Shown one piece after another: positions 1 to 8,858 of a stretch of DNA of 64,000 nt. The translations under genes were made by a program, and so were the position numbers. The notes under the pieces are model-generated. The model worked only from the letters and a program-made list of their open reading frames with translations. It was not told the origin of the DNA and searched no databases. Location: the NCBI GenBank assembly GCA_021325135.1, contig JAJPHT010000036.1:64001-128000 (forward strand), in the 5' to 3' direction. The stretch's first letter is position 1. Each line of letters begins with the position of its first letter. The stretch is from Pseudomonadota bacterium (lineage in GTDB: Archaea; Thermoplasmatota; SW-10-69-26; JACQPN01; JAJPHT01).

Positions 1-1913
1 CGGTCGTCTTCCGCATGTTCATCCTGGGGCTCGACTTCGACGCGCGCCGCCTGCGCGGGCGCTGGAAGCCCGCCCTCATGGCCGGCGGCATGGAGATGGC
101 CCTCTGCACACTGGCGGGCATCGTGCTGGCGCGCATCCTGGGCTGGTCCTTCCTGGAGGGCGCCATCCTGGGCGCGGCGCTGGGCACGACCTCCACGAGC
201 ATCCTCTCCAAGGCGCTGGCCGACCGCAACCTGAGCACGCGCGAGGACGCGCGGGCCGCGGGCGCCGCGACGCTGGCCGAGGACCTCCTGGCCATGGGCC
301 TCGTCGCCGGGCTGGGGCTCTACGTGGGCGCGACGCCCCACGGCGTCTTCGACCTCTCGGCCCTCTGGGAGAACGCGGTGGAGATGCTGGTCTTCGCGTC
401 GCTGGCGTTCACCGCGGGCGCGGTGCTCATGCCCATCGTGCTGGAGCAGCTGGGCCGCTCGCGCTCGGAGGAGCTTCTCACCCTCGCCGTCGTGGGCGTC
501 CTCTTCGGCTTCGCCGCGCTCTCCGAGTCCCTCCACGCGGGCCGCAACGTGGGCGCCTTCCTCGCGGGCATCGCCGTGGGCGCCGCGCGCCACGCGCCCG
601 GCGTCTCCGCGCGCATGCTGCCGCTGCGCGACCTCTTCGCCATCACCTCCTACGTCGGCATGGGCCTCGCGCTGGACCCGGCCTACGTGCGCGAGATGCT
701 CCCCTACGCGCTCCTGGCCGCGCCCGTCTTCGTCGCCATCAAGATGGTGAGCGTCTCGGTGGGCCTGCGCCTGGGCGGCGTCCCCCCGATCACCGCAGCG
801 CGGGCGGGCGCCATCCTGGGCCAGGCCGGCACCATGGGCATCGTGTTCGCGTGCAGCGCGTTCCTGGGCGACACCGCCAACGACCCCGTCGCCAAGGCCA
901 CGCTGGGGCGCCTCGCCGCGTTCGCCTTCCTCGCGTGGCTCGTCACCGTCGCGCTCACGGGCCTGCGCCTGCGCTACCTGCCCGACGCCGCCGAGCGCGT
1001 CGCGCGCGTCCTGGGCGCCCGCGACGTCGCCGCGCAGCCGCGCCGCCTGCCCCACGCCATCGACGTCAGCGTCAGGCGCCACGCGCGCGTCGCCATCACC
1101 GCCCTGGGCTGCGCGGTCGCGCTGGCCGCGCTGGCGGGCCTCGCGACGCGCGGCGCGGACCTCTTCCTGGAGGACCGGCTCGTGCTCCCCGCCGCCGTCG
1201 CGACGGGCCTCCTCGCCGCCCTCCTCGCCATCCCCTTCTCGCTCCTCGTCGCCGCCGCCATGCGCGAGGCCGCCCACGACGAGGTGCACCGCGTCGCGCT
1301 GCGCCCCGGGCGCCTCTCCCGCGGAGGGGCCGGCGGCGCGCGCTCCTGGTCCGCCACCGGCAGCGTGCTGGGCCTCGCGGTGGCGCTCGCCGCCGTCTGC
1401 GCCATGGGGTGGGCCGTCGCGTCGCCGCGCGCGCTCCCCTGGCTCCTGGCGGGCGCGGCGCTCGCGGCCGTCGGGCTCATCGCGCGCCTGCCCCTCCTCC
1501 ACGCGCTGGTGGAGCGCTGCCGCGGCCTCCTCGACGCGCGCCCCGCGCCCGACGTGCGCCTCCAGGACTTCCGCGGCGTGAGCCCCTTCGGCTACGAGGT
1601 GGAGGCCGTGCTCGTGCGCGCGGGCACCCGCGCCGCGTGGGCGCGCGTGGGCGACCTGGACCTCAAGCGCCGCAGCGGCGCCTCCCTCGTCGCGCTGCTG
1701 CGCCCCGGCACGCAGACGGCCCTCGCCCTCACCGACGCGACGCCCATCCCGCCGGGCGCCGAGGTCGTCGTGGGCGGCACGGCGGCGCAGATCGTCGCCG
1801 CGAAACGATATCTCCTGGAGCCCGCGCCCTCAGGCCTCGAAGACCGCGCGCCCGCCGAGGATGGTCATCTCGACGCGCACGCCCCCCAGGTCCCCGGCCC
1901 GCGGGTCGCGTGA
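1..1913 (+). CDS. Cation:proton antiporter (CPA2/Kef-like) with extra TM helices and C-terminal TrkA_C domain; 5' end lies outside the window
   Basis: VVFRMFILGLDF, TSTSILSKAL, LAEDLLAM, GAFLAGIAV and PLRDLF match CPA2 motifs; C-terminal 'LDLKRRSGASLVALLR..VVVGGT' is TrkA_C-like; frame is open to position 1. Confidence 0.85.
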   Translation, partial: VVFRMFILGLDFDARRLRGRWKPALMAGGMEMALCTLAGIVLARILGWSFLEGAILGAALGTTSTSILSKALADRNLSTREDARAAGAATLAEDLLAMGLVAGLGLYVGATPHGVFDLSALWENAVEMLVFASLAFTAGAVLMPIVLEQLGRSRSEELLTLAVVGVLFGFAALSESLHAGRNVGAFLAGIAVGAARHAPGVSARMLPLRDLFAITSYVGMGLALDPAYVREMLPYALLAAPVFVAIKMVSVSVGLRLGGVPPITAARAGAILGQAGTMGIVFACSAFLGDTANDPVAKATLGRLAAFAFLAWLVTVALTGLRLRYLPDAAERVARVLGARDVAAQPRRLPHAIDVSVRRHARVAITALGCAVALAALAGLATRGADLFLEDRLVLPAAVATGLLAALLAIPFSLLVAAAMREAAHDEVHRVALRPGRLSRGGAGGARSWSATGSVLGLAVALAAVCAMGWAVASPRALPWLLAGAALAAVGLIARLPLLHALVERCRGLLDARPAPDVRLQDFRGVSPFGYEVEAVLVRAGTRAAWARVGDLDLKRRSGASLVALLRPGTQTALALTDATPIPPGAEVVVGGTAAQIVAAKRYLLEPAPSGLEDRAPAEDGHLDAHAPQVPGPRVA

Positions 1914-3311
1914 GAGCACCACGAGGTCCGCCAGGAGGCCCGGCCGCAGCGAGCCCACCTCGTCCTCGGCGAAGCCCGCGAACGCCGCACCCGCGGTGTA
2001 CGCGTGGATCGCCTTCTCGACGCCCAAGCGCTGGCTGGGCTCGGGCGCCTCCACCGCGCTGCGGATGCCGTAGAGCGGCCCCAGCGGCATGTCGTCGCTT
2101 CCGAAGGCGAGCGGCAGCCCCGTCTCGTGGTAGACCGCGAAGCGGTTGAGCCGCCGCGCGCGCTCCCACCCCAGGCGCCTCTCGTACATCCCCCCCTTGT
2201 GCCCCCACTCGCCGGTGAAGTTGGGCTGCACGCTGGCGACGACGCCCATGGCGGCGGCGCGGCTGACGTCGTGGTCCTCGGCCATCTCGAGGTGCTCGAT
2301 GCGCGCGCGGTCCGCGGGGGTGACGCCCGCAAGCTCGAAGGCGTCCAGCACCCGCTTCGCGGCGCGGTCGCCGATGGCGTGCACCGCCACCTGGAGCCCC
2401 TTCTCCCGCGCGCGCTTCACCAGCGCCTCCAGGCGCCCTTCGCCGTGGATGAGCTGGCCGATCCCCGCCGCGTCCTGGTAGGGGAACGATATCGCGGCGG
2501 ACCGGCTGCCCAGCGAGCCGTCCGCGAAGAGCTTGAGCCCCAGGAGGCGCACCCACGCGTCGCCCAGGCCGCGGCGCGCGCCAAGCTCCACCGCGTGCTC
2601 CAGGTGCTCCTCGTAGACGAAGCACGACGCGCGGACTCCCAGGGCGCCCTGGTCGCGCGCTGCCTGGAGCGCGGCGAAGTCCTCGCCTCCGCACATGACG
2701 TGGCTGCTGGTGACGCCAAGCTCATGGGCGCGGCGCGACGCGGCGGCGACCGCCTTCACCAGCGTCTGGAGCGTCGGCGCGGTGAGCTTCACGAGGGGGT
2801 CGTAGTCCGCCTCCGCGACGAAGGGCCCCTTCGAGGCGACGCCCGCCGCCCGCAGCGCCGCGGTGGTGACGAGCCCCCCGTGCCGGTCCACGCGCGCGAG
2901 GAGGCAGCGGCGTCCGCCCGCGGCCGCGTCAAGCTCCTCCTGGGCGGGCAGCACCGGGTCGCGCCATCGGGTCTCGTCCCACGAGTGCCCGACGATCCAC
3001 CCTTCGGCGGGGGTCATGCGTGCGCGCTCCGTCACCATGGCGAGAAGCTCCCCCTTGTCCTCCACGCGCGAGAGGTCGAGGCGCATGAGGCGAAGGCCGT
3101 AGCTCACGAGGTGGTTGTGCGCGTCCACGAAGCCGGGCACGAGCGCGCGCCCGCGCAGGTCCACGACGCGCGTCGCGGGCCCGCGCATCGCGCGCGCCTC
3201 CGCGCCCAGGGCCGCGATGCGGTCGCCCACCACGGCGAGGGCGTCGCTCTCGGGCCGCGCCGGGTCCTGGGTGAGGACGGGGCCGTCGAGGAAGAGCAGG
3301 TCCGCGTGCAC
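1830..3311 (-). CDS. Amidohydrolase 3 family (YtcJ-like) metal-dependent hydrolase
   Basis: VVDLRGRALVPGFVDAHNH, KLFADGSLGSR, HAIGDRA, RIEH, FGSD, GSLRPGLLADLVVL; start taken as GTG 3311. Confidence 0.9.
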   Translation of the reverse strand: MHADLLFLDGPVLTQDPARPESDALAVVGDRIAALGAEARAMRGPATRVVDLRGRALVPGFVDAHNHLVSYGLRLMRLDLSRVEDKGELLAMVTERARMTPAEGWIVGHSWDETRWRDPVLPAQEELDAAAGGRRCLLARVDRHGGLVTTAALRAAGVASKGPFVAEADYDPLVKLTAPTLQTLVKAVAAASRRAHELGVTSSHVMCGGEDFAALQAARDQGALGVRASCFVYEEHLEHAVELGARRGLGDAWVRLLGLKLFADGSLGSRSAAISFPYQDAAGIGQLIHGEGRLEALVKRAREKGLQVAVHAIGDRAAKRVLDAFELAGVTPADRARIEHLEMAEDHDVSRAAAMGVVASVQPNFTGEWGHKGGMYERRLGWERARRLNRFAVYHETGLPLAFGSDDMPLGPLYGIRSAVEAPEPSQRLGVEKAIHAYTAGAAFAGFAEDEVGSLRPGLLADLVVLSRDPRAGDLGGVRVEMTILGGRAVFEA

Positions 3312-3393
3312 GCCCCGGCCACCTGGCCCGCCGCGCATCAACGTTCCCCCGCGCTCGCGCGCCCCTTAAGCCAAGCCCCCCGCGTGCCCCCTC

Positions 3394-4308
3394 GTGGACC
3401 CCGTCCTCGCGTGGCTCCTCGACCCCTCCGACCCCGCCGTGCGCGCGCGGACGCTCACGGACCTCCTGGGCCGGGCGCCCGACGACCCGGAGGTCCAGGA
3501 GGCGCGCCGCGCCATCGCCCAGCGGGGCTCGGCCGCGCGCGTGCTATCAGGCCTCGCGATCGCCGGGAAGGACTCGCGCTCGCTCTACCGCCCGAAGTAC
3601 GGCGCGCCCTTCCATCGCCTGGTCGCGCTCGCGGAGATGGGCGTCCCGGCCTCGGTCCCCGCCGCGGGGGCCCTGCTGGAGGCGTGCCTCGACGCGTTCT
3701 ACGCGGACTGGGACGACCAGGAGGTGTGCCTCACGGGGAACCTCGCCCGCTCCGCGCTGCTCATGGGGCGCGGCGACGATGCGCGCGTGGAGCGCGCCCT
3801 GCGCTGGCTCGTGGACGCGCAGCTTCCCGACGGCGGCTGGCACTGCTGGCCCGACCAGGCGCCCCCCGGCACGCTGGACGCGTGGGAGGCCCTGGGCGCG
3901 TTCGCCGCGGTCCCTCCCGCGGACCGCCCGCCGAGGATGCGCGAGGCGGCGGCGCGCGGCGTCGGGTTCCTCCTGGAGAATCGCCTGGGGATGGACGACC
4001 CCTACGAGCCGTGGCGGCGCCTGCACTTCCCGCGGCACTACTACTACGACGCGCTGGTCGGCCTGGAGCTGGCGACCTCGCTGGGCGATCCGCGCGACGA
4101 GCGGTTGCGCCCCGCTCTGAGGTGGCTGGAGGGGAAGCGCGACGCGGATGGCCGCTGGCGCGCGGACCGGCCGCACCCGGACCTGGACGAGGGCGCAGAC
4201 TACACGCTGCGCGACCGCGGCTCGGTGAAGCCCCTCGTGGTGGAGGACGAGGGCAGGCCCAGCAAGTGGGTGACGCTGGCCGCGCGACACGTCCTGGCGC
4301 GCCTCTGA
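3394..4308 (+). CDS. Prenyltransferase/squalene-cyclase-repeat (alpha/alpha barrel) protein of unknown function
   Basis: QW-type motif QLPDGGWHC, CLTGN, LHFPRHYYYD, GRPSKWVTL. Confidence 0.7.
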   Translation: MDPVLAWLLDPSDPAVRARTLTDLLGRAPDDPEVQEARRAIAQRGSAARVLSGLAIAGKDSRSLYRPKYGAPFHRLVALAEMGVPASVPAAGALLEACLDAFYADWDDQEVCLTGNLARSALLMGRGDDARVERALRWLVDAQLPDGGWHCWPDQAPPGTLDAWEALGAFAAVPPADRPPRMREAAARGVGFLLENRLGMDDPYEPWRRLHFPRHYYYDALVGLELATSLGDPRDERLRPALRWLEGKRDADGRWRADRPHPDLDEGADYTLRDRGSVKPLVVEDEGRPSKWVTLAARHVLARL

Positions 4309-4361
4309 CGCTTTCCGGAAAACCAACGGGCTCATCCCTGGCGCGGGCAGACCGGGCGGGC

Positions 4362-5129
4362 ATGCGAGCCGCGCGTCTCGCCTTCGCCGCAGCCTGCCTC
4401 CTGATCCTCGCCCTTCCAGACGCGGCGCCCGCGGGGACCGGCCACGGCCTCCGCCTGCGGGGGGAGCGCCTGGGCACGAGCACGAACTGGGCCGGCTACG
4501 CCATCGAGACGAGCCTGGCCTCCCCGGCGCGCGGCGCGGTCTCCGACGTGAAGGGCTCGTGGATCGTGCCCGCGGTGGACTGCTCGGCCACCGGAGGCGT
4601 GAGCGCCTACAGCGCGTCGTGGGTCGGCATCGACGGCTACTCCTCCAACAGCGTCGAGCAGACCGGCACCGAGTCCGACTGCCTCAACAACGGCGCGACG
4701 CCGTACTACGCCGCGTGGTGGGAGATGTACCCCAAGGGCTCGCGGCGCATCGGCATGACGATCCACCCGGGGGACCAGATGCGCGCCGAGGTGCGCTGGA
4801 CGGGCTCCGCCTTCGTGCTGACCCTCGCCGACGCGACGACGGGCGCCACCTTCACGACGACGCAGCGCGCCAAGGCCGACCGCTCCAGCGCCGAGTGGGT
4901 CGTCGAGGCGCCCTGGTCCGGCGGCGTCCTGCCCCTGGCCGACTTCGGCTCGACCTCCATGACCGGCGCCAGCGCCACCGTGAACGGGCACACGGGCGCG
5001 ATCTCCGACGCGGCTTGGCAGGCCGACGGCATCCAGATGGTCAACGGCGCGGGGCAGACCAAGGCCGCCACTGGGCCCCTCGACGCGACGGGGGCGTCCT
5101 TCACCGTCTCGTGGCTGCGCGCTTCGTGA
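4362..5129 (+). CDS. Secreted G1 family glutamic endopeptidase
   Basis: Signal peptide, then STNWAGY, SWVGIDG, VEQTGT (catalytic Gln), AWWEMYP, SAEWVVEAP (catalytic Glu); the coding part is the 3' end of ORF 2004..5129. Confidence 0.9.
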   Translation: MRAARLAFAAACLLILALPDAAPAGTGHGLRLRGERLGTSTNWAGYAIETSLASPARGAVSDVKGSWIVPAVDCSATGGVSAYSASWVGIDGYSSNSVEQTGTESDCLNNGATPYYAAWWEMYPKGSRRIGMTIHPGDQMRAEVRWTGSAFVLTLADATTGATFTTTQRAKADRSSAEWVVEAPWSGGVLPLADFGSTSMTGASATVNGHTGAISDAAWQADGIQMVNGAGQTKAATGPLDATGASFTVSWLRAS

Positions 5130-5159
5130 GCCGCTTCGCCGCGCCCCCAATTGATATCT

Positions 5160-5256
5160 CCCTGGCCAGGCCTGCTCGATGCAACCCGAACCAACGAACC
5201 AAAGTCAGAGCCGTGGTTCGGTGGTTCGTTGGTTCGGGTTGCATCGTGGAGCGCGA
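5160..5256. repeat. Dispersed hairpin element, copy 1 (25-bp perfect inverted repeat)
   Basis: cgatgcaacccgaaccaacgaacca (5177-5201) pairs with tggttcgttggttcgggttgcatcg (5222-5246); homologous to 23952-24056. Confidence 0.9.
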
Positions 5257-5264
5257 GAAAACGC

Positions 5265-5561
5265 TCAGCCCATATAGCCCGGGAGCAACAGGAGAGTGCC
5301 CTGGGACGCGGACTGGCGCAGCCGCATCACCGGCTGGTACGCGGGCGAGGCGTGCCACGCGCGCGCCTTCTCCTCCGAAGGGAACTCCAGGATGATGGCG
5401 CGCGAGGGCGCGGGCCCCCCTTCCAGCGTCTCGGGGCCGGGCCTGCGCGCGAGGAAGCGCCCCCCGAAGGGCGCGAGCGTGGCCTCCACCTGCCCCACGT
5501 ACTGCTTGTACGTCTCGGGGTCGGAGATGGACTGGATGAGGGCGACGACGTAGGCAGGCAT
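5265..5561 (-). CDS. DUF1330 domain protein
   Basis: MPAYVVA..DPETYKQY..FGGRFLARR..LEG..ILEFPSEEKARAWHASPAYQ. Confidence 0.9.
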   Translation of the reverse strand: MPAYVVALIQSISDPETYKQYVGQVEATLAPFGGRFLARRPGPETLEGGPAPSRAIILEFPSEEKARAWHASPAYQPVMRLRQSASQGTLLLLPGYMG

Positions 5562-5587
5562 GGACCCTGCACCGCGGCGGCCTGGCT

Positions 5588-7825
5588 TCAGGCTGAGCCC
5601 CGCGCGGCGGCGAGCGCGTGGCCCCACGCGGCCGCGTAGGCCTCGGCGGGCTTGCCGCGCACGTCGTCGTCCCGCGCCAGGGGCACGTCGGTGAGGCCGA
5701 AGGAGCGCACGTAGACGCCGCGGATCCACGGGCGCGCGTTGGCCGCCTTGAGGAACGCCTCGAACGCCATGCGCTGCTCCTCGCCGCTCCACGGCTTCGC
5801 GTGGTTCACCTCGGTGTTGGCGCCCTCGCTCTCAGGGACGATGACGCCGCTGAGCGCGCCCTGGACCGACTGCGCGCTCACCTGCAGCTCGATGGGCTTG
5901 CCCAGCGTGGCGTTGAGCGGCGCGAGGCGCGAGTCCAGGAAGCCCGCGGCCCACGCGTCCACGTCCGCCTGCGTCGCGTTGGCGCTCAGGTTGTACGCCG
6001 GCGCCGATTGGGCGATGACGTCCGTGTCCTTCCAGTAGTCGAAGGCGGGCGTGAACGGGTCGTAGACGGCCACGAGCGTCCCGCGGTACTGCTGGCGCAT
6101 CTGCGCGATGATGTGCCGCATGCCCCCGTTGATCTGCGCGAGGATCGCGGGGTCCGTCACGTCGAAGCCCGGCTCGCGCCCGTGGACGAGGAGCTGGTCC
6201 ATGCCGGCGGCCTGCGCGAGGCGCGCCTGCTCGACGTTGAAGCGCTCGTTCTCCTCCAGCCACGCGGCCCACCACGTCGCGTTGAACGCGCGCGGGTGCG
6301 GGAGCAGCGCCTCGCCGCCCACCATCTGCGTGTACTCGTAGATGGACAGGTTGCGGGCGTGGGCGAGCTTCGCGGCGCGCATCGCCTCCGACGTGGGCAG
6401 GTAGAGCGTCATGGGATCGTCGCGCTGGATGCGGGGAAGAGGGTCGATGGCGGCGTAGCCCATCACCTGGTTGACGACGACGCCGTGATATCCTTCCGCG
6501 GCGTAGCGGTCGAAAAGCTCGGGGAGGTGGACGGCGTGCATCGTCCCGTAGAGGTCCGGCGGGTACGCCCACAGGTCGAAGGCGTGCTGGATGGGCGGCG
6601 CGGCGGCGTTGGCCGCGGGGATGGGCCCGTCCTGCTGCTTCCACGCCGCGACGACGTCCTCCATCGCGGGCCCCGCGACGACGCGGTCCGCCTTCGCCTC
6701 GTCCCCCGCGTCGGGGACCCCCTTGTAGTAGCGGTACGCGAGGCCCTTCGCGTCGCCCGACTCCACCAGCGTCCACGATGTCGCGTTGACGCGGTGCATG
6801 GGAAGGTACTGCACCGTCGTCCCCTTGATGCCCACGACCTCCGTGGGCGACGTGTACGCGGGCACCGTGACGTTGAACCACGTCGCGCGGTCGCCCACGA
6901 AGGACCCCAGCGCGTCGCGCAGGACGAGCCCGTCGTGGGCCACGAAGCCGCGGACGACGGGGGAGCCGTCCTCGCGGCGCTCGTAGCTCGTCGCGACGTT
7001 GCCCACGCTGTAGAGGTAGTCGACCCACTGGCCTTCGTGCAGGTCCAGGTCGAGCCCGCCCGGAGGCATCGTCTGGAAGTTCTCCTCGATGAAGCGGTTC
7101 TGGTAGAGGAACCGGGGCCCGATCTGCGCGGCCGTGCCGAACACGCGCACCTCGTGGTGGGGCGGCGTCGGGCCCGTCGCCACCAGGCGCACGCGCGCCA
7201 GCGGCGCGGCGTCCAGGCGCACCTCCATCTCCCCGGGGCGGACCACCAGGGAGCGCGCGCGGTGGCTCCCGTCCAGCGTGTAGACCGTGACCAGCATCGC
7301 GCGGTCGCGCACGGCCACGTCGAACGTGCCGTTGAGCGTGGAGGCGAGGATGCCGTCCGCGACGACGATGGGCTCCAGCACGGGCTCGCCCGTCGCATTG
7401 TCGAGGACGCGGCCCGAGAGGCGCGCGGAGCGCGGCGTCGCGTCGGGGCCGAACGCCCACGCCTCGTCTTCCACCGTCTGGTCGCGGGCGACGACCAGCG
7501 CGCGGCTGGCCTCGCGGCCGGGCTGCACCTGCTCGCGGTGGTCGTAGTCCAGCCCCACGGGCGCGTAGGCGTAGCGCACCAGCGCGCCCACGGGGAGCGC
7601 CACCGCGGCCTCGAAGGAGTCCCCCTTGCGCTGCATGTCGACGTTGGGCCGCGCGCTGGCGCCCCACTGAAAGGGGAACGCGAGCTGGAGGGCCGAGACG
7701 CCGGGCGCGTGGACGCGGAACGTGATCGAGGCCGTGGATGCGCCGGGGCTCGGGGCCGTCTCCGGCCTCGTGCAGCCCGGGAGGACGAGGAGGGCAAGGG
7801 CCAGGAGGGCGAGCGCGGGGCGCAT
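5588..7825 (-). CDS. Lipoprotein with CBM/Ig-like N-terminal modules and a C-terminal GH113-like TIM barrel
   Basis: Lipobox VLPGC after hydrophobic leader; carboxypeptidase-regulatory-like 'LSGRVLDNATGEPV'; C-terminal 'RQQYRGTLV..GKPI..EEQ..RPWIRGVY..RGKPAE' resembles GH113. Confidence 0.55.
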   Translation of the reverse strand: MRPALALLALALLVLPGCTRPETAPSPGASTASITFRVHAPGVSALQLAFPFQWGASARPNVDMQRKGDSFEAAVALPVGALVRYAYAPVGLDYDHREQVQPGREASRALVVARDQTVEDEAWAFGPDATPRSARLSGRVLDNATGEPVLEPIVVADGILASTLNGTFDVAVRDRAMLVTVYTLDGSHRARSLVVRPGEMEVRLDAAPLARVRLVATGPTPPHHEVRVFGTAAQIGPRFLYQNRFIEENFQTMPPGGLDLDLHEGQWVDYLYSVGNVATSYERREDGSPVVRGFVAHDGLVLRDALGSFVGDRATWFNVTVPAYTSPTEVVGIKGTTVQYLPMHRVNATSWTLVESGDAKGLAYRYYKGVPDAGDEAKADRVVAGPAMEDVVAAWKQQDGPIPAANAAAPPIQHAFDLWAYPPDLYGTMHAVHLPELFDRYAAEGYHGVVVNQVMGYAAIDPLPRIQRDDPMTLYLPTSEAMRAAKLAHARNLSIYEYTQMVGGEALLPHPRAFNATWWAAWLEENERFNVEQARLAQAAGMDQLLVHGREPGFDVTDPAILAQINGGMRHIIAQMRQQYRGTLVAVYDPFTPAFDYWKDTDVIAQSAPAYNLSANATQADVDAWAAGFLDSRLAPLNATLGKPIELQVSAQSVQGALSGVIVPESEGANTEVNHAKPWSGEEQRMAFEAFLKAANARPWIRGVYVRSFGLTDVPLARDDDVRGKPAEAYAAAWGHALAAARGSA

Positions 7826-7943
7826 CGGGGCAGCAAGCATGGCGCCCGTGGATGACCGTGCCGGCTTGCGTCGGCACAATCCCTACCGGTCTATACTCTC
7901 GTGACCGGGAGGTGAACGCGATGGAGCGCCCACTCTCCTCCCG

Positions 7944-8270
7944 ATGAGACGCGCCCCCGCTGCGATCCTCTCCCTTCTCGTCAGCCTCCCCGCGGCGGGG
8001 AGCGCGCTCGTCGTCCTCTCCGCGCCGCCCCTCTCGGGCCTCCTCCCCGCGTTCGTCGAGCGCGCGCTGGCGCCCGCGGCGGAGTTGCCCTTCCGGCTCG
8101 TGGCGCGGCTGCCTTCGGGCTCCCTCGCAGCCCGCCTCTTCTACGGCTCCTTCGCGCCGCTGCCGGCGATCTTCGGGTCGGCCGCGCTGGCGGTCCACGC
8201 CGCGCTGCTGGGGCTCCCGTGGCTTGGGCTGGCCCTCCTCGTGGCCTCCCGCGCGCGGCGCGAGGCGTGA
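7944..8270 (+). CDS. Hypothetical membrane protein
   Basis: Hydrophobic 108-aa ORF filling the gap between divergent genes. Confidence 0.5.
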   Translation: MRRAPAAILSLLVSLPAAGSALVVLSAPPLSGLLPAFVERALAPAAELPFRLVARLPSGSLAARLFYGSFAPLPAIFGSAALAVHAALLGLPWLGLALLVASRARREA

Positions 8271-8315
8271 CGGCTCCGCGCGAGCGCAAGCCAGATATCG
8301 CCCGCCAGCAGAGAG

Positions 8316-8741
8316 ATGCGCATGCTCGTGGACTCGCTCATGCATCGCCCCGTGGTGGCCGCGGACGCGCGCGCCAGCGTGCGCGACGCGGCGCGGCTCA
8401 TGGAGCGCCAGCGCGTGGGCTGCCTCGTGGTGACGCGGGGCGACGACGCGGTGGGAATCGTCACGGAGCGCGACGTGGTCTTCCGCGTCGTGGGCGCGGG
8501 GCGCGACCCCGACGCCACGCGCCTGGAGGAGATCATGAGCGCGCCCATCGCGACGGTGCCCCCCGACGCGAGCGTCGACGACGCCGCGGCGCTCATGAAG
8601 CGCCTGCGCATCAAGCGCCTCGTCGTGCTGGACGCGGGCGAGGCGCGCGGCGTCATCTCGGTGACGGACATCGCCTACGCGAGCCCCGAGGCGAGCCGCG
8701 CGATGCTGGATGCGTGGGTCAAGCAGCGATGGGAGGACTAG
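8316..8741 (+). CDS. CBS domain pair protein
   Basis: SVRDAARLM..VGCLVV..GIVTERDVV..IMSAPI..IKRLVV..GVISVTDI. Confidence 0.92.
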   Translation: MRMLVDSLMHRPVVAADARASVRDAARLMERQRVGCLVVTRGDDAVGIVTERDVVFRVVGAGRDPDATRLEEIMSAPIATVPPDASVDDAAALMKRLRIKRLVVLDAGEARGVISVTDIAYASPEASRAMLDAWVKQRWED

Positions 8742-8759
8742 GGGTGATGGCAAAAGCCA

Positions 8760-8858
8760 AAAGCGGGGGGTTCGGGGGGCGCAGCCCCCTGACGTGAAAG
8801 AAAAGTCCAGCAGACGACCGAAACGTCAGGGGGGCGAGCCCCCTGAAACCCCCGCTTT
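8760..8858. repeat. REP-doublet-like inverted repeat between convergent genes (possible terminator)
   Basis: 36-nt arms 8760-8795 and 8823-8858 are complementary at 31 of 36 positions; each arm has its own GGGGGC-N2/3-GCCCCC mini-hairpin. Confidence 0.75.

Noticed and set aside
1830-1913. 84-bp convergent overlap of antiporter and amidohydrolase (similar at 29323-29381)
   Set aside because: Low-complexity tail extension is expected at high GC; no evidence of function.
3394-4308. DWDD as a squalene-hopene cyclase DxDD motif
   Set aside because: The protein is 304 aa, about half the size of an SHC, and the context lacks DxDDTA; likely coincidental.
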